Positions 20,015-30,280 of a DNA stretch of 64,000 nucleotides are shown piece by piece (within the stretch, counting starts at the first letter, position 1; each line of letters starts with the position of its first letter). Source of the stretch: a virus (taxonomy: Duplodnaviria; Caudoviricetes); IMG/VR virus record IMGVR_UViG_3300032213_000911, positions 2,042 to 66,041 of that record; one strand, 5' to 3'. The notes under the pieces were generated by a model, which searched no databases, was not told the DNA's origin, and worked only from the letters and a program-made list of their open reading frames with translations. Both the position numbers and the translations under genes were made by a program.

Positions 20015-22156
20015 ATGGCTATTAATAAATTTAATTCTAAAGCTGGATATTCAATCAATGATCCTCCAGTAGATCTTATAGATTCTTCTGGTAACTATAC
20101 AACAACTACTGGAGATGTAACTGCCGTTAACTTTTATGGTAATTGGGATGGAGTTCCAAATGATCGTCTTATAGAAAACTTACAAACAGGTGTTCTATAT
20201 GGAGGTATCATCAGTAAAAATGTAAGTAATCCTAGTAAATTTGATATTACAGCTGGTGCTGGTATTATTGTTAATGCTGGAGCAAGTCTTACCGCAATGC
20301 CAAATCCAGTTGTAACAAATGTAACTTGGTCTGCTCAAACAGCAGTTACTATAACAAATCTAGCAAGTACTGATGAAACTTGGGTTTCAATAAATTCTAG
20401 TGGCAATATTGTACAACAAACAAGTGCTTGGACTGACACACAATATGAATCTCAGATTCCATTGGGTGCTTTAGTACATCCAGATAGATCAACCATTAAT
20501 ATTGCTAAGGCATATCCACATGTTTCATATGGACAACCATCTCAAATGGACCCATTTATCAGAGCATTTGGGCCATTAAAATTATCTGGATATGAAATAT
20601 CAGCAAATGGTGCTAATCTTCAAGTAAATAAAAGTTCTGGTAAATCGTATGCACTTGGTAGAAACTATCCAACAGATCCAAATAATCCTAATATTGTTAC
20701 AGATACAAATGCAAATCCAGTAACAACCGTATATCGTTGGTATAGAAATGGTTCTGGTGGGTTTACTACAGTTGTTAATTCAGCAATAGATCCAACTAAA
20801 TGGGATGATGGAACAGGTACTTTAAACTCTGTATCTGGTGGTCAATATACAGTACAAAGATTATTTGCTCTTCCAAATCAACCTTTAGTTATGGGTGTTT
20901 ATTATGGAAGACAGTTATATAATTCGCTTGAATCAGCTCAAGCAAATATTCAATATGAAACTTTCTCTGAAAATGATTCAACAGCAACTCAAGGTGTATT
21001 TCTTGGTTATTTAATTGTAAGAGGAAACGCAACTGCTTTAAATAACACAAGTAACGCTAAGTTTATTACAGCAGGTTTATTTAGAAATACTGCAAATATT
21101 GGTGGTGGTGGTGTTTCTTATTCTGTTATTGATGACTTTGGTGATGTTACCATAACTAGTGCTACTGATAATGATTTGTTAAGGTATAATTCTAGTACTT
21201 CACAGTGGGTTAATTCAACAATTGGTTCATTAAATATAGTAACAAATTCAACATTATCTAGTTGGGCTGGTTCTACTAGTATTACTACATTAGGAACTAT
21301 TGGAACTGGTACATGGAATGCTACTGCAATAGGTGAAACCAAAGGTGGTACAGGACAGACAAGTTATACTCTTGGTGATTTAATATATTCATCTTCAACA
21401 AATACTCTTGCTAAACTTTCGGGAAATACAACTACAACTAAAAAAGTTCTATCACAAACAGGAACTGGCTCTATATCTGCTGTTCCTGCATGGGATACAG
21501 TTTCAAAATCAGATGTTGGTTTAGGAAATGTTGAAAACACAGCATTATCTACTTGGACAGGATTAGGTGTTTTTAAAGTAATGTCTGGTGGAACCGGAAA
21601 CAATTTAAAATACTTACATCCTCCTTATTGTACAGGTGGTACTGTTTCTGCTTCTGCTGCAACAAATACTCTTGTCTATTATTTACCATTTACTGTTGGT
21701 GGGCCGGGAAATGTTTCAGTAAAAGCAGCAGTTCAAAGTGCTGCTACAAGTCCCGGAGCAAGTCCCGGAACAATAACAGCAAAAATATATGGTGCATCAT
21801 CATCAACAGGAAATCCATCTGGAAGTTCTCTTTATGATTTAGGAACAATAACACTAACAAATACAACAAATGCTGCGTTTGTTGGTGATACAGCAGTTTC
21901 ATTACCTCCCGGACATTATTGGGTTGGATATAAATTTAGTGCTGCCGCTATATTAAGAAGAATACAAATAGACCAAGCTTCTTCATATAGAACTGTTGGT
22001 GGAGAAGTTCAGTCTGGAACAAACTATATTTTTTATTGTTTCACAGAAACAGTAACATCTGGATCAACAGCACCAACCACAGTAGGATCTTTAACAGAAG
22101 TTAACGGAACATCATTAAACACAACATTACCCTGTATATATTTACAGATACAATAA
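20015..22156 (+). CDS. second tail fibre / receptor-binding protein (713 aa)
   Basis: T/S/G-rich; DDFGDVTI..ATDNDLLRYN...W and ITTLGTI.TGTWN...GGTG motifs. Confidence 0.75.
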   Translation: MAINKFNSKAGYSINDPPVDLIDSSGNYTTTTGDVTAVNFYGNWDGVPNDRLIENLQTGVLYGGIISKNVSNPSKFDITAGAGIIVNAGASLTAMPNPVVTNVTWSAQTAVTITNLASTDETWVSINSSGNIVQQTSAWTDTQYESQIPLGALVHPDRSTINIAKAYPHVSYGQPSQMDPFIRAFGPLKLSGYEISANGANLQVNKSSGKSYALGRNYPTDPNNPNIVTDTNANPVTTVYRWYRNGSGGFTTVVNSAIDPTKWDDGTGTLNSVSGGQYTVQRLFALPNQPLVMGVYYGRQLYNSLESAQANIQYETFSENDSTATQGVFLGYLIVRGNATALNNTSNAKFITAGLFRNTANIGGGGVSYSVIDDFGDVTITSATDNDLLRYNSSTSQWVNSTIGSLNIVTNSTLSSWAGSTSITTLGTIGTGTWNATAIGETKGGTGQTSYTLGDLIYSSSTNTLAKLSGNTTTTKKVLSQTGTGSISAVPAWDTVSKSDVGLGNVENTALSTWTGLGVFKVMSGGTGNNLKYLHPPYCTGGTVSASAATNTLVYYLPFTVGGPGNVSVKAAVQSAATSPGASPGTITAKIYGASSSTGNPSGSSLYDLGTITLTNTTNAAFVGDTAVSLPPGHYWVGYKFSAAAILRRIQIDQASSYRTVGGEVQSGTNYIFYCFTETVTSGSTAPTTVGSLTEVNGTSLNTTLPCIYLQIQ

Positions 22157-22157
22157 T

Positions 22158-22481
22158 ATGAAAATAGTACAAACTAATTTGGATGGATCAACTACTTTAA
22201 TAGATTTAAGAGTTTTTTCAATAGTAAAACAAAACCAAATAAAAGCAATAAAAGATAGAGCGATGGAATTAATACTAGAAAAAGCACCAGAATATAAACA
22301 AAGAAATGCTGCTTTGGGTTTATTAAGTAACGAAGAAACAGATAAGATAAAACAAGATATTCAAAGTATTAGAATTCTTTCAGATCAAAAAGAAAGTCAA
22401 ATTGAATCTATTGTATGGGATGGAAATAAGGAAACTGAAGCGGCTGCATGTGATGCAGTTGAGTTAATTTATTTAGATTAA
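22158..22481 (+). CDS. probable tail-fibre assembly chaperone
   Basis: Follows the fibre; APEYKQRN helical pattern. Confidence 0.5.
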   Translation: MKIVQTNLDGSTTLIDLRVFSIVKQNQIKAIKDRAMELILEKAPEYKQRNAALGLLSNEETDKIKQDIQSIRILSDQKESQIESIVWDGNKETEAAACDAVELIYLD

Positions 22482-22495
22482 TAAGGAGAATAACT

Positions 22496-22606
22496 ATGGA
22501 ATCATTTTTAGGAAGTGTTTGGTTTGGTTGCTTTATGTTATTTGTTGGTTATGTAGCTGGCCATATCGTAAGTGTTGATAAGATCAAGACTTGGATTAAG
22601 GGCTGA
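22496..22606 (+). CDS. 36-aa membrane peptide (MESFLGSVWFGCFMLFVGYVAG...)
   Basis: AAGGAG RBS; not in ORF track; position analogous to T7 holin gp17.5, just before terS. Confidence 0.6.
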   Translation: MESFLGSVWFGCFMLFVGYVAGHIVSVDKIKTWIKG

Positions 22607-22608
22607 AT

Positions 22609-22839
22609 ATGTCCGATAACAAGGATCTCATTAAACGCCTTAACGACCGTTTACTGAGCCAGCTGCTCTTAGACCTAGATGACCCCACCCGATGTACTCC
22701 GGGGCTTTATACGGTCATTAGAGGGCTTATAAACGACAATAGAGAGGTACTGGATGGTATCTCTCATGCTACGCTAGATGAGCTAGAAGCTAAGATGGCT
22801 TCAAAGGCTCCATTTAAATTTAAAGCAGCCAATGGCTGA
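22609..22839 (+). CDS. terS: terminase small subunit, T7 gp18-like
   Basis: LLLDLDDPTRCTPGLYTVI..LINDN resembles T7 gp18; directly precedes the large terminase. Confidence 0.75.
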   Translation: MSDNKDLIKRLNDRLLSQLLLDLDDPTRCTPGLYTVIRGLINDNREVLDGISHATLDELEAKMASKAPFKFKAANG

Positions 22840-22844
22840 TAACA

Positions 22845-22874
22845 AGGAACTATGACATAATTGTTGTAGTTCTT
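22845..22874 (+). promoter_or_regulatory. 13-bp RNA hairpin between terS and terL
   Basis: AGGAACTATGACA-TAAT-TGTTGTAGTTCTT, fully paired with G-U wobbles. Confidence 0.5.
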
Positions 22875-22888
22875 ATTATGGAGGATGT

Positions 22889-24580
22889 ATGCAAGCACCA
22901 CAAGAAATGGTTGAAGACTTTAGAAACCACCTATGGGCCTGTTTTAAGTACCTAGGTCTTGGAGAGCCAACACCATTACAATATGCTATGGCAGATCTAA
23001 TGCAAACTGGACCAAGAGACTTCCAATTACAGGCTGGTCGTGGTGCAGGTAAATCTGTAATCAATGCTTGCTTTGCTAGTTGGAGATTGTTAACAAACCC
23101 AGATAGAACTATTATGGTTATATCTGCAACAACACTAAGAGCAATTAACTTTATTGCTCAGGTAAGACAAATCCTAGAAGTTGTTCCATACTGCAACCAT
23201 CTTAAACCAAAAGAGTTTGATAAAGATAGTGCATTCGGTTTTAATATTGGTTGTCGTACAGTATTCGGTCAAGACTTATCTTGCTATGCTAGGGGTATTA
23301 CTGGTCAGATAACTGGTAGCCACGCCGATGATATTATTGTAGACGATGTTGAGATTGAAGAAAACGCAGATACTCCTTCAGCAAGAGAAAAACTTTTAAA
23401 TAAGTTGGCTGAGTTAGAACAAATTAGAAACAATACACCAGATGGTTGTATTCGTATTCTAGGAACATATCAATCAACAGATAGTGTTTATCTTAAATTA
23501 TCTAACTCTTATCCTATTATAAAGTTTCCAGCAGTTATGCCAAATCCGGATGTTCCGGGTGAAATAGATAACTGTGCGGATTATATCCTAAAGTTGGAGC
23601 TAGAAGTAGGAGAATCAACACAACCAGAGAGATTCCCTATAGATGTACTTAAGTCTAGAGAAGCTAAGATTGGACCAAGGTTATTTGCACTTCACTACAA
23701 ATTAGATCCTACCCTTAGTGATAGAGCTAAGTATCCCCTTAAGTTAGAAGATTTAATAGTTATTGATGTTAATCCTGAAGTATTCCCTGAAAAGATTACT
23801 TGGGAAAAGCGTACTCCAAAGAAACAAATTGAATCGTTTGGTATTTCAGGAGATCTACTATATGAACCACAATGGATTAGCCCTAATTTTATACCGTATA
23901 TGCAGACTGCAATGTTTGTTGACCCTAGTGGCCGTGGATCAGATGAAACAGCTATTTGCATTGCGTCATTTGTCAATGGCTATGTCATCGTACATGAATT
24001 GCTTGGTATGCAAGGAGGATACGAAGAAGTCTTATTAAAGAAAATTGCTAAGTTAGCTTATCAATATGATATTAATCTAATTAGAGTTGAAGCTAACTTT
24101 GGCGATGCTATGTATTGCAATCTACTAAGACCAGTCGTATCTCAGGTATGTGGACAAGTTGCTATTGAAGACTTTAGAGTTAGTGGTTCTAAAGAAGAAA
24201 GAATTATAAGAACTTTAGAACCAATAATGGCAGTTCATAAATTAATCTTTAATACAAAGGCAATTAAAGATCAAGAAAATCAAAAACAAATAACAAGAAT
24301 AACAAGCCGTCGTGGTAGTCTTAAACACGACGATAGAGTTGATATTCTATCTAGTGCTGTTGCTTACTGGCAGGATTCTTTATCACTTGATGCTGATTCT
24401 CAAATACAAAAGAATAAGCAAGAAGAATATAAACAACAGATTAAAGACTGGATGAGTAATAAAAGATCAATAGGAATTCTAGGTGATAAACTTAGTGGAG
24501 CTATTTTATTAAATGGTTCTGATCAACATAATAAAAAGAATTTCCATAGAGTTTTAAATGGGAGGTTTAAAAAACCATGA
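22889..24580 (+). CDS. terL: terminase large subunit, T7 gp19-like
   Basis: Walker A QAGRGAGKS, GITGQITGSHAD, Walker B IIVDDVE, nuclease VDPSGRGSDET and HDDRVD. Confidence 0.96.
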   Translation: MQAPQEMVEDFRNHLWACFKYLGLGEPTPLQYAMADLMQTGPRDFQLQAGRGAGKSVINACFASWRLLTNPDRTIMVISATTLRAINFIAQVRQILEVVPYCNHLKPKEFDKDSAFGFNIGCRTVFGQDLSCYARGITGQITGSHADDIIVDDVEIEENADTPSAREKLLNKLAELEQIRNNTPDGCIRILGTYQSTDSVYLKLSNSYPIIKFPAVMPNPDVPGEIDNCADYILKLELEVGESTQPERFPIDVLKSREAKIGPRLFALHYKLDPTLSDRAKYPLKLEDLIVIDVNPEVFPEKITWEKRTPKKQIESFGISGDLLYEPQWISPNFIPYMQTAMFVDPSGRGSDETAICIASFVNGYVIVHELLGMQGGYEEVLLKKIAKLAYQYDINLIRVEANFGDAMYCNLLRPVVSQVCGQVAIEDFRVSGSKEERIIRTLEPIMAVHKLIFNTKAIKDQENQKQITRITSRRGSLKHDDRVDILSSAVAYWQDSLSLDADSQIQKNKQEEYKQQIKDWMSNKRSIGILGDKLSGAILLNGSDQHNKKNFHRVLNGRFKKP

Positions 24581-25233
24581 GTATGATTGAAGTAGGTTTA
24601 TTGATGGGTGGCCTTTCAATGGCCCAATCACTAATGCAGGGTTTTGGTGCTTCTAGTCAAGCACAGGCACAAGCCAAACAAGCACAGATGGCAGCAGAAA
24701 ATGCAAATTTTCAAAGACGCTGGCAAATTGATGCTAATAATAGAAATATTACAAAAGCTAATCTTGCAAAAGCCATTCAAAATAAACAAATAGAACGAAC
24801 TGCTTTATCTGAAAGAGCTATTCAAGAAGTTTATCAGAAATTTGGTTTTGATAACTCTAAGAGTCAATATAGTAAACAAACCAATCAAGTTAATTCAGCT
24901 CTATTATCTAGTATATCTGGCAGAAACATATCAGCATCTTCTGGAACAGCAAGAGCTTTATTAAGACAGAATATGATGAACGCATCTACTAATATGGCTA
25001 ACCTTAGAATTACTGACATGAATAAACGAAGAGATATTAATACAGCATATCAGAATAGATTAAATCAAAGAGATTTTAATTATCAAGAACTTCAGATATT
25101 TATGCCCGGTGATACTTCAATGGTTGGTGGAACACCTACCGCACAAATTCTTGCTAGTGGTGGTCTTAGTGGACTACAAGCTGGTATTGGTGCTGGTTTA
25201 ATGTATGGTAAAGATAGTCCATTAAGAGGATAA
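24577..25233 (+). CDS. internal virion protein, T7 gp14-like
   Basis: Hydrophobic G/A-rich termini, Q/N-rich helical core; first of the ejection-protein cluster. Confidence 0.7.
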   Translation: MSMIEVGLLMGGLSMAQSLMQGFGASSQAQAQAKQAQMAAENANFQRRWQIDANNRNITKANLAKAIQNKQIERTALSERAIQEVYQKFGFDNSKSQYSKQTNQVNSALLSSISGRNISASSGTARALLRQNMMNASTNMANLRITDMNKRRDINTAYQNRLNQRDFNYQELQIFMPGDTSMVGGTPTAQILASGGLSGLQAGIGAGLMYGKDSPLRG

Positions 25234-25237
25234 CTAA

Positions 25238-26290
25238 ATGAAAGAAGATCTATACAATAAACTACAGCAAATAGCTAGTGGTAGACAATATACTGAATCT
25301 ACTAATATTGAAAATGTCTCTGAAATTAGATCTAAGGATTTAAAAAAGAAACTAAATAATATTACTGATAGTATTAAAAAAATGTATCCAACAAAACCAA
25401 AAAAGGTTTTTGAAACTTGGAAGCAGGCTACCAAAGATTTTCCATTACCAACCAAAGCATTTAAAGAAGATTACTGGAAAGAATATCTTAATTTATCTCC
25501 AGACGGTAAAGATAAAGAAAAACAAAAACTAATAACTAATACTGAACTAGAACTTCAGATGTTAGAAAGCCCAACCGAAAAAGAACATTACCTAAGAGAT
25601 AAAGTATCTAAGTGGCCAGAGTGGTTAGTAAATGAATTTAAAGATGATATTCAAAACCTATCAGCAAGAAACTCAATTACAAATCTAAATAAATCTAAAC
25701 AAGTCTATAAAGATGATCTATCAAAAAGACTTGGTGCTATCTCAAATAAAGAACTAGATGCTGATGTATCAGAAGAATCACATATTGATGATTTGCTTAA
25801 GCTAGAAAAGATGAACCTAATGGATGTTGCAGATTCATTTAATGGTCGTTTTGGTGTAGTAGATAAGGCTGGTGCTTTTGTACCAGCTTTTGATTTACAA
25901 GATAGAGCACAGGTATTTGAAAACGATCCTTATGGAACTCCATCTCTTGGCGAACAAACTATGGTAGATGAGCTTGCTCCAGATTTCATTAGAAATTTTG
26001 TTAGAGGAAATCTATCAAATCAAAGAGCAAAGATTAATTTAGATAATAAAGCATCAGAAGGTGTAGCTAAGATGATGCTTGAAACCGGATCACTAACACC
26101 AGATAAATGGGGTGAAGCATTTTCAATGTTCTCAAAACCAGAATATCAAACACTTATTGAACATGGTCTTAAAGGTGAAATTAATTCTGGTAGAGTTAAA
26201 AACGATGAAGATTTAGTTAAAACTATTTATATGGCAATGAATCAATATAAAGACTTACTAGGAGAATCAACAGATGCCACCAACCCCTGA
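25238..26290 (+). CDS. hypothetical protein (probable internal virion protein)
   Basis: 350-aa ORF within the ejection-protein cluster. Confidence 0.65.
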   Translation: MKEDLYNKLQQIASGRQYTESTNIENVSEIRSKDLKKKLNNITDSIKKMYPTKPKKVFETWKQATKDFPLPTKAFKEDYWKEYLNLSPDGKDKEKQKLITNTELELQMLESPTEKEHYLRDKVSKWPEWLVNEFKDDIQNLSARNSITNLNKSKQVYKDDLSKRLGAISNKELDADVSEESHIDDLLKLEKMNLMDVADSFNGRFGVVDKAGAFVPAFDLQDRAQVFENDPYGTPSLGEQTMVDELAPDFIRNFVRGNLSNQRAKINLDNKASEGVAKMMLETGSLTPDKWGEAFSMFSKPEYQTLIEHGLKGEINSGRVKNDEDLVKTIYMAMNQYKDLLGESTDATNP

Positions 26291-29200
26291 GCAATTAATA
26301 ATTGAACAAAGTAATCAAATAGTACAAGCACCACAAGTACAAGAAACAATAGTAAAACCAACAGTTGTAGAAGAAGCTCAGGTTTCAATGCCAGCACCAA
26401 ATAACTGGATTGGCCAAATTGATTATGGAATGGATTGGTATGGCGTAGGTGCAAAAGCATTCAATGTAGCACAAAGCGTTTATACAAATGTTCTTGATTA
26501 TAATGTAAGAAAAACCGTAGGTCAAATTAGCGATCTCCAGTATGATCTAAGAACCAAAATGCGTAATACATATGCTGAGTCAATTAATACTCAAGAAAAT
26601 ATGGTAGAACGACCAGAAGTAGCTGATTTTAATTCAGCGTTTACTAAATCAAAACCGTTTGAACAAGAATATAAAGATAAAGCAAATGAGTTTATTGGCA
26701 TTAAAGATTCAGATGGAAATCTAACTGATGTATTTGCAGAAGATTATGATCTTTCTGGTTTAGGTACTAAGTATATGGATGTTGTTGATATTGCTAGAAA
26801 AGGTTTATATGAAATATCACAAGATTCACAAAAAGTTCAAAGAGATTTATTAGAATCATTTGAAACAACTCACTTAAGTAAAAAATTATATAATAATTGG
26901 TTACAGGGTTTTCCTACTCCTACAGATCAAAAATCAAACGAAATTCTAAATAGAAATAATAGATCAATTAGTAGGGGAACTGAACCAGTACCTTTTGATC
27001 AAACATCATTACAAGAAATTGCAAAAACAAACCCAACAACTGCTGATGGTAAACCAGTTTTAGTTTTAACTAAAGGTGAAGGTAATGAAGTAGTTGGTTT
27101 TGTAAATCAAGGAGTTACTGATCAAGAACTATATAATGCTGTTGGTGAAGAAAGATATTCAGTAATTGCTAGTGTTGAAGCAGCAAGAGAAAACTCTGCA
27201 AGAGGAATTAATTTAGCACCGCTTGTATATTCTGAAACCGTACAAACACTGCAAACAGCAGACCCATCTCCAGCACAGCTTGTAACACTACGAGCAAGAC
27301 TTTCAACCATGTCTCCAGAAAAACTTACTTATATGTTTAAAAATGCTGGTAGAGACTTAAGCGTACAAGAACAAGCTAAGTTAATGAAAGCATGGACTCT
27401 TTCTGGTATGAATATTTCACAACGACCAGAAATGAACACAAGTGTTTTTGCAAGAGAACTTAATAGTGTTAAGACAGCAGATTCTGAAATGGCTATGGCA
27501 ATGTATCGTAAGATTAATTTAATGCCATCTACTTCAACACCAAACAATATTACTGATAATAATATTTCACAACGACTAGAAGCATCCCGTCAATTTATGA
27601 TGGAAATGTTAAAATCATCTGGATTAAGTCAACAAGAACTAAATGAAAAATTAGGTGATATAGATAGTTTCCAAAGATTTGCACAAGAAAATACACAAGT
27701 ACAACCATACCTAGTTGCCGCATCTTTAGCTTATGATACTGCAATTAGAAGTGGAGTATCTGATAAGGATGCTTTAAATAGTGTTAAAATGATGTATTCT
27801 TCTAGTGCATTTACTGATAAAAACGGTGTTATTACTATTCCAAGAAATAGAGGAATGATTAATATTAATGATGCTAGCTCTGCTTTAAATAAAACATTGC
27901 TTGTTGATGGTGATAAAGCAGATAATATTCAGTATCAAGTAGGATCAGGTACACCATATGTACTAACACCAAACGGATATCGAACACTAGATCTTTCTCA
28001 AAAAGCAGGAATAGATCCTAGATTTATGAAAACATGGGAAAAAGATAACGCAATTCAGAGAATGTTTAAATTAACTACTCTTGGAAATTCTGTTGCAACA
28101 GAACAACTACCAGATTATTTAGACACAGTAGATAGTTATTTAATCCCGTCTTTATCTCCAGGAGAAGTAACATTAACTCCAGAAGATAGACTAAACTTAA
28201 TGAGAACCTATAATGCTACTGAAGTTGAAGATGGAATGCATCGTAGTGAAAATATTCCAACAGGAGAAGCACTAAGAGTAGCCTTTGCTTCTAATCCAGC
28301 AACAATTAAAGCTGTTCTAGGAAAAACACCAACTACTAAAGAAGAAGCTATTAAAGGAGCTGCTTTAGCTTATGAATTAATACAACCAGCAGAATACTGG
28401 CAATGGGATAATCAATATTCAGCTAAAGATGATGCTTTTATAAACTCTCAACAGGGTGGTATTCCATTAGGTCTTTCTTCTATTCCACTAGTAAGGCCAA
28501 TAGTAACTATTGATGCTAATGGAAATAAAAAAGAAATTACTAGTTTACTGGATCATAGAAATGTTGTTACAGCACCCAATGGATCTTTTATTTCTTTAGA
28601 AGATCCTAATGGTAGACCGTTAACATATCTTCCATTCTCATTCTTTGAAAGTACTGATGGTTTATCAACAGAAGCATATAGACAATCATTTCAAAGATTA
28701 GAAAGAGGTTCTAAAGGAAGACCTTCTAGAAAATACCAAATATTAACTGGCAATAGTGCTACTGGTAGAGAACCACTTGGTTTAATCGCAGCAGCAAGAA
28801 GACTAACAACAGAGTATGATCCAACTGATGATAATTATATTAGAGAAATTGCTGATAAAGAAACACCACAAGCAATCTCTATTTTAACAGAACAAGTATC
28901 TACTCAAGAAGCAACAGATGCTATTTCAGATCCTAAGTTTTTAAAAGCAGTTTCTTCTATTGCTGAAAAAACAAGTAACGGTGAAATTAATAAAGAACAA
29001 GCTTATGATATTTCTTTAAAATTAATGAATGATCCCGGAATTAGAGATGCTATTAAAGCTAAGGTAGAAAGAACATCAGTAGAAGGTAAAACTACTAAAC
29101 TAAGTACAGCAGTTAGCATCTTACAGGGTATTCTTGGTTATAGATATAATGAACAAAATTTATTAGTTGATCCAGAAGAAATTAAATACCCACAACAGTT

Positions 29201-30236
29201 CTGGGGTATTGCTACACAAGATAAACAAACAGTTAAAACTAATTTTGAATGGGATTCTAAGTTATTTGATTTTGGTTCACTTGGTAGTTTTAATTACGAC
29301 TTTAGTTCTACTTTTAATAAAGATAAATGGAAAGCAATGGGAGTTGATGTAGGAACTTTATTTGATGAAAAACCAAATAATAACCTATATGATTATAGAC
29401 CATCAGAACCTATTAAATTAGATGAGTATATACCAACAAAGGTTGACTTTAATTTAAGTGGTATGTTTGGTAAACCAGAAACAAATAAATTTAATGCTGA
29501 AAGCTCTGATTATGATATGAGTTCAGCAAAAGCATTTGGAATGACTCCAGATAGTACTGGTCATTGGGGATCTGTAATTGATGCTAGTCCTGAAGATAAA
29601 AAGAAATATAATCTTCCAGATGAAAGTTATTTAATTTTAAAAGGTAAAAAACATAAGACATGGAACTTGATGGAAAAAGCTGAAAACGATAGAGGATTTA
29701 AAGTTGTTAAATTTGGAAATAGATACTATTCTATTCCAGATGAAACAAAACAAGCATCTCCCGGAACTGTTAGTGATAAACCATATATTAACTTAATTTC
29801 TGAATTTGAAGGAATGAAAACCGATGCTTATTGGGATGATACTGGAAAAGTATGGACAATAGGTAAAGGAACAACTACTTATAGAGATGGCACTCCAGTT
29901 AAAAAGGGAGATAAAATTTCTAAAGAAGAAGCAGATACTTTAATGCAAGATTTTGTAGATACTAAGATTATTCCTAGACTATCTGAAACAATTCCAACTT
30001 GGAATGAAATGAGTCCTAATCAACAAGCAGCATTAATTTCATTTGCTTATAACATGAAGAATGGCCAGAATTTCTATGGCCGTAAAGGTTTTGAAACTCT
30101 AACTGAAGCAGTATCTTCAGTAGATAACTTTAAAAATGTACCAGCAGCCTTACGACTTTATAATAAGTCTGGTGGTAAGAAACTAAAAGGTTTAGTAAGA
30201 AGAAGAAACGCCGAAGCTAATCTTTGGTCTAAATAA
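26274..30236 (+). CDS. internal virion protein (gp15-like position) with C-terminal GH24 phage lysozyme domain
   Basis: EFEG...AYWD..GKVWTIG.GTT catalytic E/D/T; QQAALISFAYN; GLVRRRNAE. Confidence 0.85.
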   Translation: MPPTPEQLIIEQSNQIVQAPQVQETIVKPTVVEEAQVSMPAPNNWIGQIDYGMDWYGVGAKAFNVAQSVYTNVLDYNVRKTVGQISDLQYDLRTKMRNTYAESINTQENMVERPEVADFNSAFTKSKPFEQEYKDKANEFIGIKDSDGNLTDVFAEDYDLSGLGTKYMDVVDIARKGLYEISQDSQKVQRDLLESFETTHLSKKLYNNWLQGFPTPTDQKSNEILNRNNRSISRGTEPVPFDQTSLQEIAKTNPTTADGKPVLVLTKGEGNEVVGFVNQGVTDQELYNAVGEERYSVIASVEAARENSARGINLAPLVYSETVQTLQTADPSPAQLVTLRARLSTMSPEKLTYMFKNAGRDLSVQEQAKLMKAWTLSGMNISQRPEMNTSVFARELNSVKTADSEMAMAMYRKINLMPSTSTPNNITDNNISQRLEASRQFMMEMLKSSGLSQQELNEKLGDIDSFQRFAQENTQVQPYLVAASLAYDTAIRSGVSDKDALNSVKMMYSSSAFTDKNGVITIPRNRGMININDASSALNKTLLVDGDKADNIQYQVGSGTPYVLTPNGYRTLDLSQKAGIDPRFMKTWEKDNAIQRMFKLTTLGNSVATEQLPDYLDTVDSYLIPSLSPGEVTLTPEDRLNLMRTYNATEVEDGMHRSENIPTGEALRVAFASNPATIKAVLGKTPTTKEEAIKGAALAYELIQPAEYWQWDNQYSAKDDAFINSQQGGIPLGLSSIPLVRPIVTIDANGNKKEITSLLDHRNVVTAPNGSFISLEDPNGRPLTYLPFSFFESTDGLSTEAYRQSFQRLERGSKGRPSRKYQILTGNSATGREPLGLIAAARRLTTEYDPTDDNYIREIADKETPQAISILTEQVSTQEATDAISDPKFLKAVSSIAEKTSNGEINKEQAYDISLKLMNDPGIRDAIKAKVERTSVEGKTTKLSTAVSILQGILGYRYNEQNLLVDPEEIKYPQQFWGIATQDKQTVKTNFEWDSKLFDFGSLGSFNYDFSSTFNKDKWKAMGVDVGTLFDEKPNNNLYDYRPSEPIKLDEYIPTKVDFNLSGMFGKPETNKFNAESSDYDMSSAKAFGMTPDSTGHWGSVIDASPEDKKKYNLPDESYLILKGKKHKTWNLMEKAENDRGFKVVKFGNRYYSIPDETKQASPGTVSDKPYINLISEFEGMKTDAYWDDTGKVWTIGKGTTTYRDGTPVKKGDKISKEEADTLMQDFVDTKIIPRLSETIPTWNEMSPNQQAALISFAYNMKNGQNFYGRKGFETLTEAVSSVDNFKNVPAALRLYNKSGGKKLKGLVRRRNAEANLWSK

Positions 30237-30280
30237 TCTACTTATTCATGGCACATTAGTCCCCAGAAAGGTAATCAAAA

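Noticed and set aside
30250-30272. Reverse-strand copy of the promoter motif (CTGGGGACTAATG)
   Set aside because: Requires an insertion and lacks the GATA end; too weak
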